DNA from: an uncultured virus (IMG/VR IMGVR_UViG_2898799289_000011)
Lineage: Duplodnaviria; Heunggongvirae; Uroviricota; Caudoviricetes
DNA: 64,000 bases
Direction: 5' to 3' (one strand)
IMG/VR virus record: IMGVR_UViG_2898799289_000011
Shown here: in pieces, positions 47,444 through 56,271 of the stretch
Layout: each line of letters begins with the position of its first letter
Numbering within the stretch: position 1 is the first letter of the stretch
Translations under genes and position numbers: made by a program
Notes under the pieces: generated by a model
Seen by the model: only the letters and a program-made list of their open reading frames with translations
What the model was told of the DNA's origin: nothing
The model's database searches: none

Positions 47444-48598
47444 TTATCCCAAGGATTGCCGCAGGTTCTGCGCGACGGCGTCAGCCGCCATCCGCACTGG
47501 TTCCGCCGCGAGATGGGCGTACCGCGCCGTGGTCTGGACCTGCGTGTGGCCAAGGAGCTTGCCGATCATCGGCAGGCCCTGACCCGACGCGACGGCCGTC
47601 GACGCGAAGGTGTGGCGCAGGTCGTGGATGCGGACGTCCTTGACCCCGGCACGGGCACGGACGCGCTGCCAGAATGGTTGCAGATCACTCAGCGGTTTGC
47701 CGGGCAGGGTGCCAGTAATTACCCACGGGTTGCCGTCGACGCGCTGGGCGCCCCGCAGCAGGTCTGCCACCGGCTGGCCGACGTGGCCGACCTTCGCCCC
47801 AGTCTTGGAATCCGGCAGGCGCAGGGCAGGGACGTCAAGATCGACATAGGACCACTTCAAGGACATGATCTCGTTCAGGCGGCATCCGGTCAGGATCAGC
47901 AGGCGGGCGGCGAGGATTGCCGAGGGCAGTTCCACCCCTTCCGCTTCCATTTCGCGCAGCACCTCGCCGATCCGGCGCAGCTCGGCCGCGCTCAGGAAGC
48001 GTTCGCGCTTTTCCTCGGGGTATTTCCGGATGTGCTTGCGCGGGTTGGTCCCGTCCGGACGCAGTCCCCACATCTCGGACAGGCTGAACATCTTCGAGAT
48101 CACCTCGAGGCAGCGGTTGGCCTGATAGGGGATGTGCCGCAGGTCGTGGTGGAACTTTGCGACATCCGCCCGTGTGACCCCCGTGACCGTCAGTTGTCCC
48201 AGTGCGGGCAGGATGAAGCGCTGCAGGTTCCGGCGATACTCCTTTCCCGTGCTGGCCTTCACGCGGATGGCGATGTGTTCCTTGTCGAACCTCTCGGCCA
48301 GTTCCTTGATCGTGATCGCCTTGCGCCCTGCGTCGCGTTCCGCAGCAGGGTCCTGCCCGTTGCGCGCAGCGGCCACGATGGTGATGGCGCGGGTGCGCGC
48401 CTGCTCGCAGGTCAGCACGGTGCTGGGCCCCAGGCTGATCCGCCGCGACCGGCGTCCGGCGCGGTATTGCACGACGTAGCCTTTGCGCCCGCTTGGCAGC
48501 ACCCGAAGTCCGAAGCCGGGGATGTCGCTGTCCCAGACGAAGTATTCGGCGGCTTGGGCTTCTGCGGCGTCGACGATGCGCTTTGTGAGTTTGGGCAT
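47444..48598 (-). CDS. Tyrosine integrase with arm-binding N-domain
   Basis: WDSDIPGFGLRV; TGCRLNEI, DSKTG, HDLRH, LLGH, TARYAH. Confidence 0.93.
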   Translation of the reverse strand: MPKLTKRIVDAAEAQAAEYFVWDSDIPGFGLRVLPSGRKGYVVQYRAGRRSRRISLGPSTVLTCEQARTRAITIVAAARNGQDPAAERDAGRKAITIKELAERFDKEHIAIRVKASTGKEYRRNLQRFILPALGQLTVTGVTRADVAKFHHDLRHIPYQANRCLEVISKMFSLSEMWGLRPDGTNPRKHIRKYPEEKRERFLSAAELRRIGEVLREMEAEGVELPSAILAARLLILTGCRLNEIMSLKWSYVDLDVPALRLPDSKTGAKVGHVGQPVADLLRGAQRVDGNPWVITGTLPGKPLSDLQPFWQRVRARAGVKDVRIHDLRHTFASTAVASGQGLPMIGKLLGHTQVQTTARYAHLAAEPVRMAADAVAQNLRQSLG

Positions 48599-48814
48599 GG
48601 GAGTGGCTTCCGGGTTCTCTGGCTTCCACAGTGCGCAATGCGGATGCATAGTCAACGAACACATTGATATTGCGTATAAAAAGGAAATTCCGCGCAATTT
48701 CACGCAGGGGCTGCTTCGCAGTCGTGAGCGGAAACGATGGCCCGCACGAATCAGAACGCAGGTTCCGGTCACCCATTCGCGCTGCTAAGGTCCGCGAAAA
48801 GAAACGGAATCCCG

Positions 48815-50254
48815 ATGGCGTCGAAATCCACCCTCAATGCGAAGAACCTGGAGGCGCTGGGCGCTGAGCGTCTGGCGCAGCTGCTGATCGAGATCAGCAC
48901 CGGCGATGCCGCAGCCAAGCGCAAGCTACGGCTGGCTCTCGCCGGAGCGGAGGGCCCGAGGGAGGCGGCGCGGGAGATCACCAAGCGGCTGGCCAGCATC
49001 GCAAAGGCCCGGACCTTCGTGAACTGGCAGAACCGCAAGCCTCTTGTGAAGGATCTTCAGACCCAGCGCAGCGCCATCATGGAACAGATTGCCCCGCATG
49101 ATCCGGGTGAGGCGCTGGCGCTCTTGTGGCGGTTCATGGGACTGGCCACGCCGGTGTTTGAACGCTGCGACGACAGCAGCGGCACCGTCATCGACATCTT
49201 CCACCAGGCCTGCGCCGATCTGGGCGAGGTGGCCAAGGCGGTTGATGCGGCGCCGGAGGCGCTGGCGCGACAGGTTCTCGATGCGCTGCAGGACAACGGG
49301 TTTGGCCAGTACGACGGGCTGATCGCCATCATCGCCCCGGCGCTGGGCCCGGAGGGCGTCGCGCATCTGAAGACACTGGTCGATGAACTTGGCCGCACGC
49401 CCGTGCCGGTACCGCCAAAGAGCGAATGGCAGGCGGTCGGCTGGGGTAGCGGCGGCACGCGCTATGCCCACGAGATGGAGGAACGCGCGCGGCAGAGCAC
49501 GGTCGAGATGGCGCTGAAGGACATCGCCGACGTGCAGGGCGACGTCGATGGCTTCATCGCCCAGTACGACCCGAAGACCCGCAAGGTGCCGAAGATCGCG
49601 GCCGAGATCGCGCAGCGCCTGCTGGCGGCGGGCAGGGCGGGGGACGCGCTTGGCTTCATCGAGCGGGCGGAGGTGAAAGATGCGCGCTGGATCCCGCCCG
49701 AATGGCAGGACGCCCGACTTGCCGTGCTGGAGGCGCTTGACCGGAAGGATGAGGCGCAGGCGTTCCGCTGGGCATGTTTCGAGCGCGACCTGTCGGGTGA
49801 GCACCTTCGGGCCTATCTGAAGCGACTGCCGGATTTTGAAGACATCGAGGGCGAAGAGCGTGCGATGGCGCATGCCGCTGGCCATCCCGACCTGCTGACC
49901 GCCCTGGCCTTCTTTCTGAACTGGCCATCGCTTGCCCATGCCGCGCAACTGTTGATCGACCGACAGGACGAGGTCGATGGCGATCACTACGAATTCCTGG
50001 CACCAGCGGCCGAGACATTGGCCGAAAGGCAGCCACTGGCCGCAACGGTGGCGCTGCGGGCGATGATCGATTTCACGCTGATCCAAGGGAGGCAGAAGCG
50101 CTATGGCTATGCCGCCCAGCACCTGGCCGCCTGTGCCGACCTAGCCGGACGGATCGAGGACTTCGGACCGGTCGAGCCGCATCACGTCTATGCCGCGCGC
50201 CTGAAGGCCGAGCATGGCAAGAAGACCGGCTTCTGGTCGCGGATGGACGGATGA
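48815..50254 (+). CDS. Helical hypothetical protein (DUF6880-like)
   Basis: LEALGAERLAQLL, CDDSSG, HGKKTGFW. Confidence 0.7.
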   Translation: MASKSTLNAKNLEALGAERLAQLLIEISTGDAAAKRKLRLALAGAEGPREAAREITKRLASIAKARTFVNWQNRKPLVKDLQTQRSAIMEQIAPHDPGEALALLWRFMGLATPVFERCDDSSGTVIDIFHQACADLGEVAKAVDAAPEALARQVLDALQDNGFGQYDGLIAIIAPALGPEGVAHLKTLVDELGRTPVPVPPKSEWQAVGWGSGGTRYAHEMEERARQSTVEMALKDIADVQGDVDGFIAQYDPKTRKVPKIAAEIAQRLLAAGRAGDALGFIERAEVKDARWIPPEWQDARLAVLEALDRKDEAQAFRWACFERDLSGEHLRAYLKRLPDFEDIEGEERAMAHAAGHPDLLTALAFFLNWPSLAHAAQLLIDRQDEVDGDHYEFLAPAAETLAERQPLAATVALRAMIDFTLIQGRQKRYGYAAQHLAACADLAGRIEDFGPVEPHHVYAARLKAEHGKKTGFWSRMDG

Positions 50255-50439
50255 TGGACGTGCTACCGGAAAATCATTCCGCGACCCAATGGAAGCATGG
50301 TGGAAGCACGAGGGGAAAAACCGCTGCGCAATCCTGACAATCCGCGCGCAGTCGGAGCTTGTGGGCCCATCTCGCAACTGGCAGGATATGCGAAGGAAAA
50401 CGCGATTCGTCGCGCTTGTTCGTGTTTCGTTTGACACGA

Positions 50440-50484
50440 CTCATAACCTGAAGGTCGTAGGTTCAAATCCTACCCCCGCAACCA
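50440..50484 (+). other. att core: 3' half of tRNA-Met(CAT), not a full tRNA
   Basis: CTCATAACCTGAAGGTCGTAGGTTCAAATCCTACCCCCGCAACCA (anticodon loop, T-arm, CCA); 5' half absent. Confidence 0.9.
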
Positions 50485-50510
50485 GAAAATCCCGCGTTAT
50501 CAAACGCTTG

Positions 50511-50540
50511 AACGCCGCCCTCCGGGGCGGCGTTTGCGTT
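50511..50540 (+). terminator. Intrinsic terminator-like hairpin after the tRNA fragment
   Basis: AACGCCGCCC-TCCG-GGGCGGCGTT then TGCGTT. Confidence 0.65.
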
Positions 50541-50670
50541 TGTACGGGCCGTGGAAGCACTGTGGAAGCAAGAGGGGCCGAAGTCCTTCATATACCTGCG
50601 AAGGCAATGGCCCGGTTCTTGTCGTAGCTGTCGCGCGCGGGTGCTACGACTTGGCCCACTCCCTTAGGCC

Positions 50671-51594
50671 CTACCGAAGCCGTTCGAGCAAAGCCTCGAC
50701 CATTTCCTGGTTTGAGTTCGCGATCACGTCGAGTGGGCGGTGCTCCTGCCGCATGAGCGCGATCAGGAGACAGGCTGTGAACAGCCAAAAGGGCGAACCG
50801 GCACGAAGGCTGTAGCCGCTGATCATCGCCGTCAACCGCTCGGCCATCGGGGGATATTTCCGATTACCCCAATGGGCGTGGGTCGGCGTCATCGCATGGA
50901 TGATCACGGCCGCGAGCGCTATCCCCATGGCACGCTTTTGCTGGACTTCGGCGAAGTTATGCCCGTGCTTCTTTGCATAGGCCGCAAGGCCGCTCGTCAT
51001 GAAGTCGCGGGCATAGGTGTCGCAGGCGATTTCCTCCTCGGGCAGCGCCGATGGGGCACTGTTGTCGGCGCAGTACATGACGTGCTGGAATTCGTGTAGA
51101 AACGAGAATGCCAGGGCAAACGCCACAAGATCGAACGCCGCCATGTGCTGGACGTCGCCCAGACTTTCACGATCGGAAGTTGGCTCGGGGATATCCGCTG
51201 GCCAAGAGATTTCGGTGGTCTGATCGGCTAAAATAAGAGATTGGGCGCTGGCGATGCGTTGCTTGTAGTCGAGCTCGAACGGACCCCGCTTGGTGTCGGC
51301 GTTGAGCGCCTGGTCGAGCGGTATTCCGGTTATCGTCGCGAGAACCAGCGCGGGTGAATAGACCTCGATGGCGCGCCAGGCGTTGAAACCGAACAACCAG
51401 AAGAGGTCGATCGTCTTGGTGTCAAACTGGATGCGCTTGGCGTCGGCGTTCATGGTGACGCCCTTGGTGCTCGGCGCGACTTCAACGGCATGGCCGTACT
51501 GGCTCCAGAGGCTGCTGATTTCGTCGGCGCGCTCAGGCACGGCGCCGCGAAGGAGATTCAGAATAATTGTGCGGTTGGACGGCTCGGTCGTCAT
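50671..51594 (-). CDS. Lit-family (peptidase U49) phage exclusion protease
   Basis: WPADIPEP, AAFDL, LHEFQH (HExxH), EEIACD. Confidence 0.75.
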   Translation of the reverse strand: MTTEPSNRTIILNLLRGAVPERADEISSLWSQYGHAVEVAPSTKGVTMNADAKRIQFDTKTIDLFWLFGFNAWRAIEVYSPALVLATITGIPLDQALNADTKRGPFELDYKQRIASAQSLILADQTTEISWPADIPEPTSDRESLGDVQHMAAFDLVAFALAFSFLHEFQHVMYCADNSAPSALPEEEIACDTYARDFMTSGLAAYAKKHGHNFAEVQQKRAMGIALAAVIIHAMTPTHAHWGNRKYPPMAERLTAMISGYSLRAGSPFWLFTACLLIALMRQEHRPLDVIANSNQEMVEALLERLR

Positions 51595-51637
51595 GCCTGT
51601 GGCTTCTCCAAGTGAGGGAATTGGGCGGGCGATCCGA

Positions 51638-53053
51638 TCATGACGGGTCGCTTTCTGCATGCGCGTCGCCCGTCGCCTGGCCTTCGCCAGTCATATGCAG
51701 ACGGGTCACCGAGGAGAGGACCGAGTTCGCCCAGATCGTGCTGCACACGATTTCGCCGTCACGCTCGAACCAATGGGTCGCGCCCGGGATGAGGTCGAAC
51801 GGGATAGGGTGGGTGGCCAGCGGATTATGGAACACCTCCAACTCCTGGCACCAGGCTTCGCCCCAAGGCCAGAGCGCCTGATATTCGTCGCTGGCGACCG
51901 ACAACTTGAAGTCGATGGGCTCCAGCGCGCCCGGAGTTCGGTCGAAGAGGATGCCGCTTCGGATCATGGTCAGCCCGGGAGGGCGCCAGCCGGCAAGGAA
52001 GCCCATCCGGTTGAACTTGGCGAGCGTTGCCGCATTGCTGAAGATGACGGCCGACAGGTGGGCGAAGTCGGGATCGCGGAAGAGCCCCGCCGGTATGCCG
52101 TGCTTGCCCGTCAGGTTGGTGATCGGCGTCGCGACAGCGCGGCGCTCTTTGCCTACTCCTTCGATATCGGCGCGCAGCCCGTAGAGGTAAGTCGGCAGGG
52201 CCTCGCGGCTCCAGACCATCGAACCGGATTGGTGGAAGTCTGCCAATGCGAGAGCGAAGGACTGGCCCTTCACGTGGTCCATCGCATGATAGTTGCGCTG
52301 GAGCTTGCCCCGCAGCGTCTTGGCGAAGCGCTCGGCCGGACCTCCTGTCAGGCGCTCGTTGCGATCCTCAGGCGCATGTACCCAGTCGCCGATCCCGCCG
52401 GCGCGTGGGGTCTCGGAGTTCGCCGTCACCGCCTCGATCCAGCACGTGTCACCGTTCTTCTCGATGAAGAAGTCGGGCGAGACATGATCTTGACGGACGC
52501 TCAGGCCCTGCTCGCGAAAGCAGGCGATAAGGTAGAGTTCGAACAGCCGGGACGCGAAGTTGCTGGTCTGAAAATCCGGGACAAAATTGGCGTCAGGATT
52601 GGGAAGCGCGAGATAGCATTCGCCGATCGCCATGAGCGCCGGCAGATGGCTGATCGTGGTCGTCAACAGATCGAATTCCGGCGATGTCCCGCTAGCTCCC
52701 GGCTTCACCAAGAGCGGGCGGCGCCTGGCCCCCGGCGGCAATGGCTCCGGCGGATCGCCGGCGCGCATGGCAATGCTGAGACCGTCGAGCGCGGCTTCGG
52801 GGGTGGAATAGGGGCCGCCTTCGTCGACCTTGATCCAGCAGTGATCGACACGCCGGCGCAAGGCGATGCTGGTGAAGGTTCTTTGCTCCGAATCAAGAAG
52901 GATGCAGCCGCTCGCGCTGCCCCGTCCGGCCTGATAGGCGCTGAAGATATGGGCGGGGTCGAAGTCTGGCCCGCGTTCGAGCGACAGCGCATAGAGTTCG
53001 AACTGGCGCTGGCTGATCGGGGTGATCAGCCGTGGCTCATCGGCTGGGGCCAT
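51638..53053 (-). CDS. Restriction-endonuclease-like protein with extra N-terminal domain
   Basis: LFELY..SPDFFI..WIEA..HNPLA; GAGG RBS. Confidence 0.6.
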   Translation of the reverse strand: MAPADEPRLITPISQRQFELYALSLERGPDFDPAHIFSAYQAGRGSASGCILLDSEQRTFTSIALRRRVDHCWIKVDEGGPYSTPEAALDGLSIAMRAGDPPEPLPPGARRRPLLVKPGASGTSPEFDLLTTTISHLPALMAIGECYLALPNPDANFVPDFQTSNFASRLFELYLIACFREQGLSVRQDHVSPDFFIEKNGDTCWIEAVTANSETPRAGGIGDWVHAPEDRNERLTGGPAERFAKTLRGKLQRNYHAMDHVKGQSFALALADFHQSGSMVWSREALPTYLYGLRADIEGVGKERRAVATPITNLTGKHGIPAGLFRDPDFAHLSAVIFSNAATLAKFNRMGFLAGWRPPGLTMIRSGILFDRTPGALEPIDFKLSVASDEYQALWPWGEAWCQELEVFHNPLATHPIPFDLIPGATHWFERDGEIVCSTIWANSVLSSVTRLHMTGEGQATGDAHAESDPS

Positions 53054-53104
53054 GGCCGACCTCATCTTCCTGCGGGCGTCTGACACACGCATCCGATTCC
53101 ATCG

Positions 53105-54031
53105 TCATGACGCCTCCGCTGCGGCCGCCGAGGCGAGGATATCGCTGGCTTCCCATCCCTCGCCCTTCCGGGTTGTCACGAACTCACGGTCCCAGACGCC
53201 CCAGTTTGTGGGCAATGGAATCTGCGCCAGCGGATTATGGACATAGGTGATTGGCCGGACCTGGCGCGAGAGGTTGCCGAGGCCGACCCGTGACCAGATC
53301 ACGCCCGAGATGTCGGCAAAGCGCTCGTCGAGGAAGGCCGTGCGCGGGATCGGATTGCGCTCGCGGTAGATCAAGGGCGCGGCGTGAAACCCTTCTTCGA
53401 GGACATCGCCGGTGTCGCGGTCGATGGTGATGAAGGCGTCGCCGATCGGGAATAGGGTCGTCATGATGAGCGGCAAAGGCTGTTCGGCGACATAGACGCC
53501 GAAGCGGCTGGCGCTGATAGCGATGATGCGGGTGTCATCGGGCGCGATCATGCCCTGCTCGATGTAGCGGACGATCTTCTGCGCCTTTGTCCAGAACGCG
53601 CTGGAGATCCGAAGCTGCGCCTGGCGGATCGGCGCGGCGACAAGGCCACCGCCTTCATTGATCGCCACGGGGCGCACGATCTGGTCAGGCCCTGGAGCGC
53701 CTTCGTCGGGGCAGATGGCCTCAATCCAGATGCGGCGATCTCCTTCGAGGACACACAGGTCCGGCTGGCCGCCTTCGCGCTGACGGTCGACGACGGGCAA
53801 CAGAGTCCGCCCCGCCTCGAGCAGCGTGCAGCCCAGATACATTTCCCAGAAGCGCCCATCGACGTCGCGCGCGAAGCCCTGCCGAAAGTCCGGATCGGCA
53901 TAAGGCTCGTAGCGCGCCCACATCTCCTGCAGCATGGCGTGAAGCTGCTGCTCAATCGGGCTTTCCGCGATCTTCAGGTTCTCGAAGGCAAGATCGAGAC
54001 TAGCGCCGTTAATTTCGAAAAGGTCGCTCAT
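53105..54031 (-). CDS. Restriction-endonuclease-like protein (paralog of its neighbour)
   Basis: FWEMY..QPDLCV..WIEA..HNPLA. Confidence 0.6.
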   Translation of the reverse strand: MSDLFEINGASLDLAFENLKIAESPIEQQLHAMLQEMWARYEPYADPDFRQGFARDVDGRFWEMYLGCTLLEAGRTLLPVVDRQREGGQPDLCVLEGDRRIWIEAICPDEGAPGPDQIVRPVAINEGGGLVAAPIRQAQLRISSAFWTKAQKIVRYIEQGMIAPDDTRIIAISASRFGVYVAEQPLPLIMTTLFPIGDAFITIDRDTGDVLEEGFHAAPLIYRERNPIPRTAFLDERFADISGVIWSRVGLGNLSRQVRPITYVHNPLAQIPLPTNWGVWDREFVTTRKGEGWEASDILASAAAAEAS

Positions 54032-54150
54032 TGAATTCTTGTCCCCTGTGCTCGCTAGACTTGCATCTGCATTGCACTGCAAATCGTCCTATTCGAAATA
54101 CTCACCTTTTCATGCAATTGGAGCGGGGCTTCAGCTGTCAGATCCATACA

Positions 54151-55323
54151 TCAAAGTGGCTCCGTCCCTCGACTGAGAATGCCAAGGTAGTCGCTGTAGA
54201 CATACATCCGGCCACGCTGCTTGCCCGTCACCTCCCGCACGATGCCGAGATCCTCCAGATGCTGGATCGACTTCGCAATCGTCGGGGGCGAGATGCTCAG
54301 CCGCTGCGCAGCCGCGGGAATGCCGATGATTGGCTTCTGCTGAAGCAGCTGGTGCACCCGGAGGGCGGATGCGGCCGGGCGCCCGAGATCCTCGATCCGG
54401 TGGCGATCGGCTTCGAACAGCGCGAGGATCTCGCGCGCCGCCTCTGATGCCTGCAGAGACGTCTCGGCGATGCCGTCGAGGAAGAACTCCAGCCATGTCT
54501 CCCAGTCGCCGTTCTCACGGACCTGCTGCAGCAGGTCGTAGTACTGGCGGCGATGCGTCTTGAAGTAGAGGCTGAGATAAAGGATCGGCTCCTTCAGGAT
54601 CCCCTGCGTGCAGAGCAGGAAGGTGATCAGCAGGCGGCCGAGACGGCCGTTCCCATCGAGAAACGGATGAATGGTCTCGAACTGCACATGGACCAGTCCG
54701 GCCTTGATGAGGGTCGGCATCTCCGGTGCGTCGGTATGGATGAACGCTTCCAGGTCCGACATCAGGTCGAGGACGTGCTCAGGCGGTGGCGGGACGAATA
54801 GCGCATTGCCTGGTCGCGTTCCGCCGATCCAGTTCTGGGAGCGCCGGAACTCCCCCGGCTGCTTCGTGCTCCCGCGTCCCTTTTCAAGAAGGATGGCGTG
54901 GATCTCCCGGATCAGGCGCAGGGAGAGCGGAAAGCCTTCGCGGATCCTCTCGAGGCCATGGTTCATGGCGGCGACGTAGTTGGAAACCTCCTGCACGTCG
55001 TCGAGCGGGACGCCCGGCGCTTCCTCGCTCTCGAAGAGCAGCAGGTCGGATAAGGACGACTGCGTGCCCTCGATCTGCGAGGACAGCAGCGCCTCCTTGC
55101 GAACGTACATGTAGAGGAAGAGCGGTGTGTCGGGGAGGATGGAGGTCACGCCATCGAGCCGGCCGATTGCGCGGTTCGCGTGCTCGAGCTGCCGATAGAG
55201 TCGGTCCATCCTGACTGGAGGGGCAGGCGGCAACGGAGGAGGCACGAATGCCTCTGCGCGTTCGCCCGCCGTCGAGATGGCAACGCGTTGACCCAAGCGT
55301 GATGGCTCCGGTGTTAACGCCAT
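54151..55323 (-). CDS. Fic-family protein (class II-like, C-terminal wHTH)
   Basis: HPFLDGNGRLGR; inhibitory motif SSQIEG. Confidence 0.92.
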   Translation of the reverse strand: MALTPEPSRLGQRVAISTAGERAEAFVPPPLPPAPPVRMDRLYRQLEHANRAIGRLDGVTSILPDTPLFLYMYVRKEALLSSQIEGTQSSLSDLLLFESEEAPGVPLDDVQEVSNYVAAMNHGLERIREGFPLSLRLIREIHAILLEKGRGSTKQPGEFRRSQNWIGGTRPGNALFVPPPPEHVLDLMSDLEAFIHTDAPEMPTLIKAGLVHVQFETIHPFLDGNGRLGRLLITFLLCTQGILKEPILYLSLYFKTHRRQYYDLLQQVRENGDWETWLEFFLDGIAETSLQASEAAREILALFEADRHRIEDLGRPAASALRVHQLLQQKPIIGIPAAAQRLSISPPTIAKSIQHLEDLGIVREVTGKQRGRMYVYSDYLGILSRGTEPL

Positions 55324-55485
55324 GGTTGAAAAAGAATCCTTTCCTTGGCAGGCTGGTTGCGAAAGGTTGTCCTGCATTCCTTTCTTTGTTGTGGTTCTAA
55401 CGGAAGGTTCCTTGGCTTGTCGAGTGCTCATCCCCCCTGTCCGCACCAGCTCCGGTCCGGGCGCATTCTCTGAGTCGGTGGCGCG

Positions 55486-56271
55486 ATGGGACACCAGCGC
55501 CTCGGCAAACTCCCCACCCACCGATACCTGCCGGACATCGTCAGGTATCTGGTGACCGGTGGCGCACCCACCGCGCCGCTGGTGGAACAGGTGACCGAAG
55601 TCAGTCGGGACGCGCTGAAGCGCGCGCTGAGGGACCCTGTCTTCGTGGAAGCGCTGTGGCTGCTCATCAGGTTGCCGCAGGCCGCTGCGTCGAAGGATTT
55701 CGGGGCGGCGCTCGCTGAGATTGGCATGGGAGCGCATCCGCCGACTTCGGGTGCCGAGCTGCTGGTGGCCTACAACAATGCATTGGAGCGCGTGCAAAGG
55801 CGTGCCCATGCGGGATCAACGGACCTTGGCGACATCGCCCGCCAGGCGGGAGCTGCCGCGCTGGCCGAGGCCGTGGAGGCGGGCATGCCGATGTGGTCCC
55901 CAACCGCTGCCGATGTGCAGGCTTCGGTGGCGGCGCTGAGGTCACCGGAGAAATTCGGCGCCCTGGCCCACCATTTCCACGCGAATATAGTGGAACGCGT
56001 CATCCACTATTACGTCGATCGAAACTTGCACAAGCTCGTTGGCGCCGATCGCGTCGCGCGGTCTGTCCATGATCTCGCGACCTACAACTCCGCGATACGC
56101 CGTCACTGCATCGAGGCTGCGCTGATCATGCGCGCCTTCGCCCGGGACTGGCTTGGCAAGAACCAGTACCGGGACGGCAAGGACATATCGAGGGATGATG
56201 CCCGCCGCTTCTCGGCCTTCGCCGTTGAGAAGATTGGTAACGAACTCAAGAACAGGAAGAGGTCAAATTGA
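55486..56271 (+). CDS. Helical protein starting Met-Gly; QatB-like partner candidate
   Basis: MGHQRLGKLP; TTGA overlap with the QueC-like gene. Confidence 0.7.
   Translation: MGHQRLGKLPTHRYLPDIVRYLVTGGAPTAPLVEQVTEVSRDALKRALRDPVFVEALWLLIRLPQAAASKDFGAALAEIGMGAHPPTSGAELLVAYNNALERVQRRAHAGSTDLGDIARQAGAAALAEAVEAGMPMWSPTAADVQASVAALRSPEKFGALAHHFHANIVERVIHYYVDRNLHKLVGADRVARSVHDLATYNSAIRRHCIEAALIMRAFARDWLGKNQYRDGKDISRDDARRFSAFAVEKIGNELKNRKRSN

Larger units (their letters stand above)
1..50484. mobile_element. Prophage 1 (siphovirus; lambda-like head, RcGTA-like tail); left end outside window
   Basis: Contiguous replication, packaging, head, tail and lysis genes (1-37476), then cargo, a tyrosine integrase and a tRNA-Met 3' fragment as att site. 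Confidence 0.88.

Noticed and set aside
47456..48667. 403-aa plus-strand ORF
   Set aside because: Antisense shadow of the integrase, with no motifs
50440..50484. Functional tRNA-Met gene
   Set aside because: The 5' acceptor strand and D-arm are absent; treated as an att duplication
55324..55809. N-terminal extension of Fic in the ORF track
   Set aside because: It overlaps the opposite-strand gene and the spacer; ATG 55323 is the more plausible start
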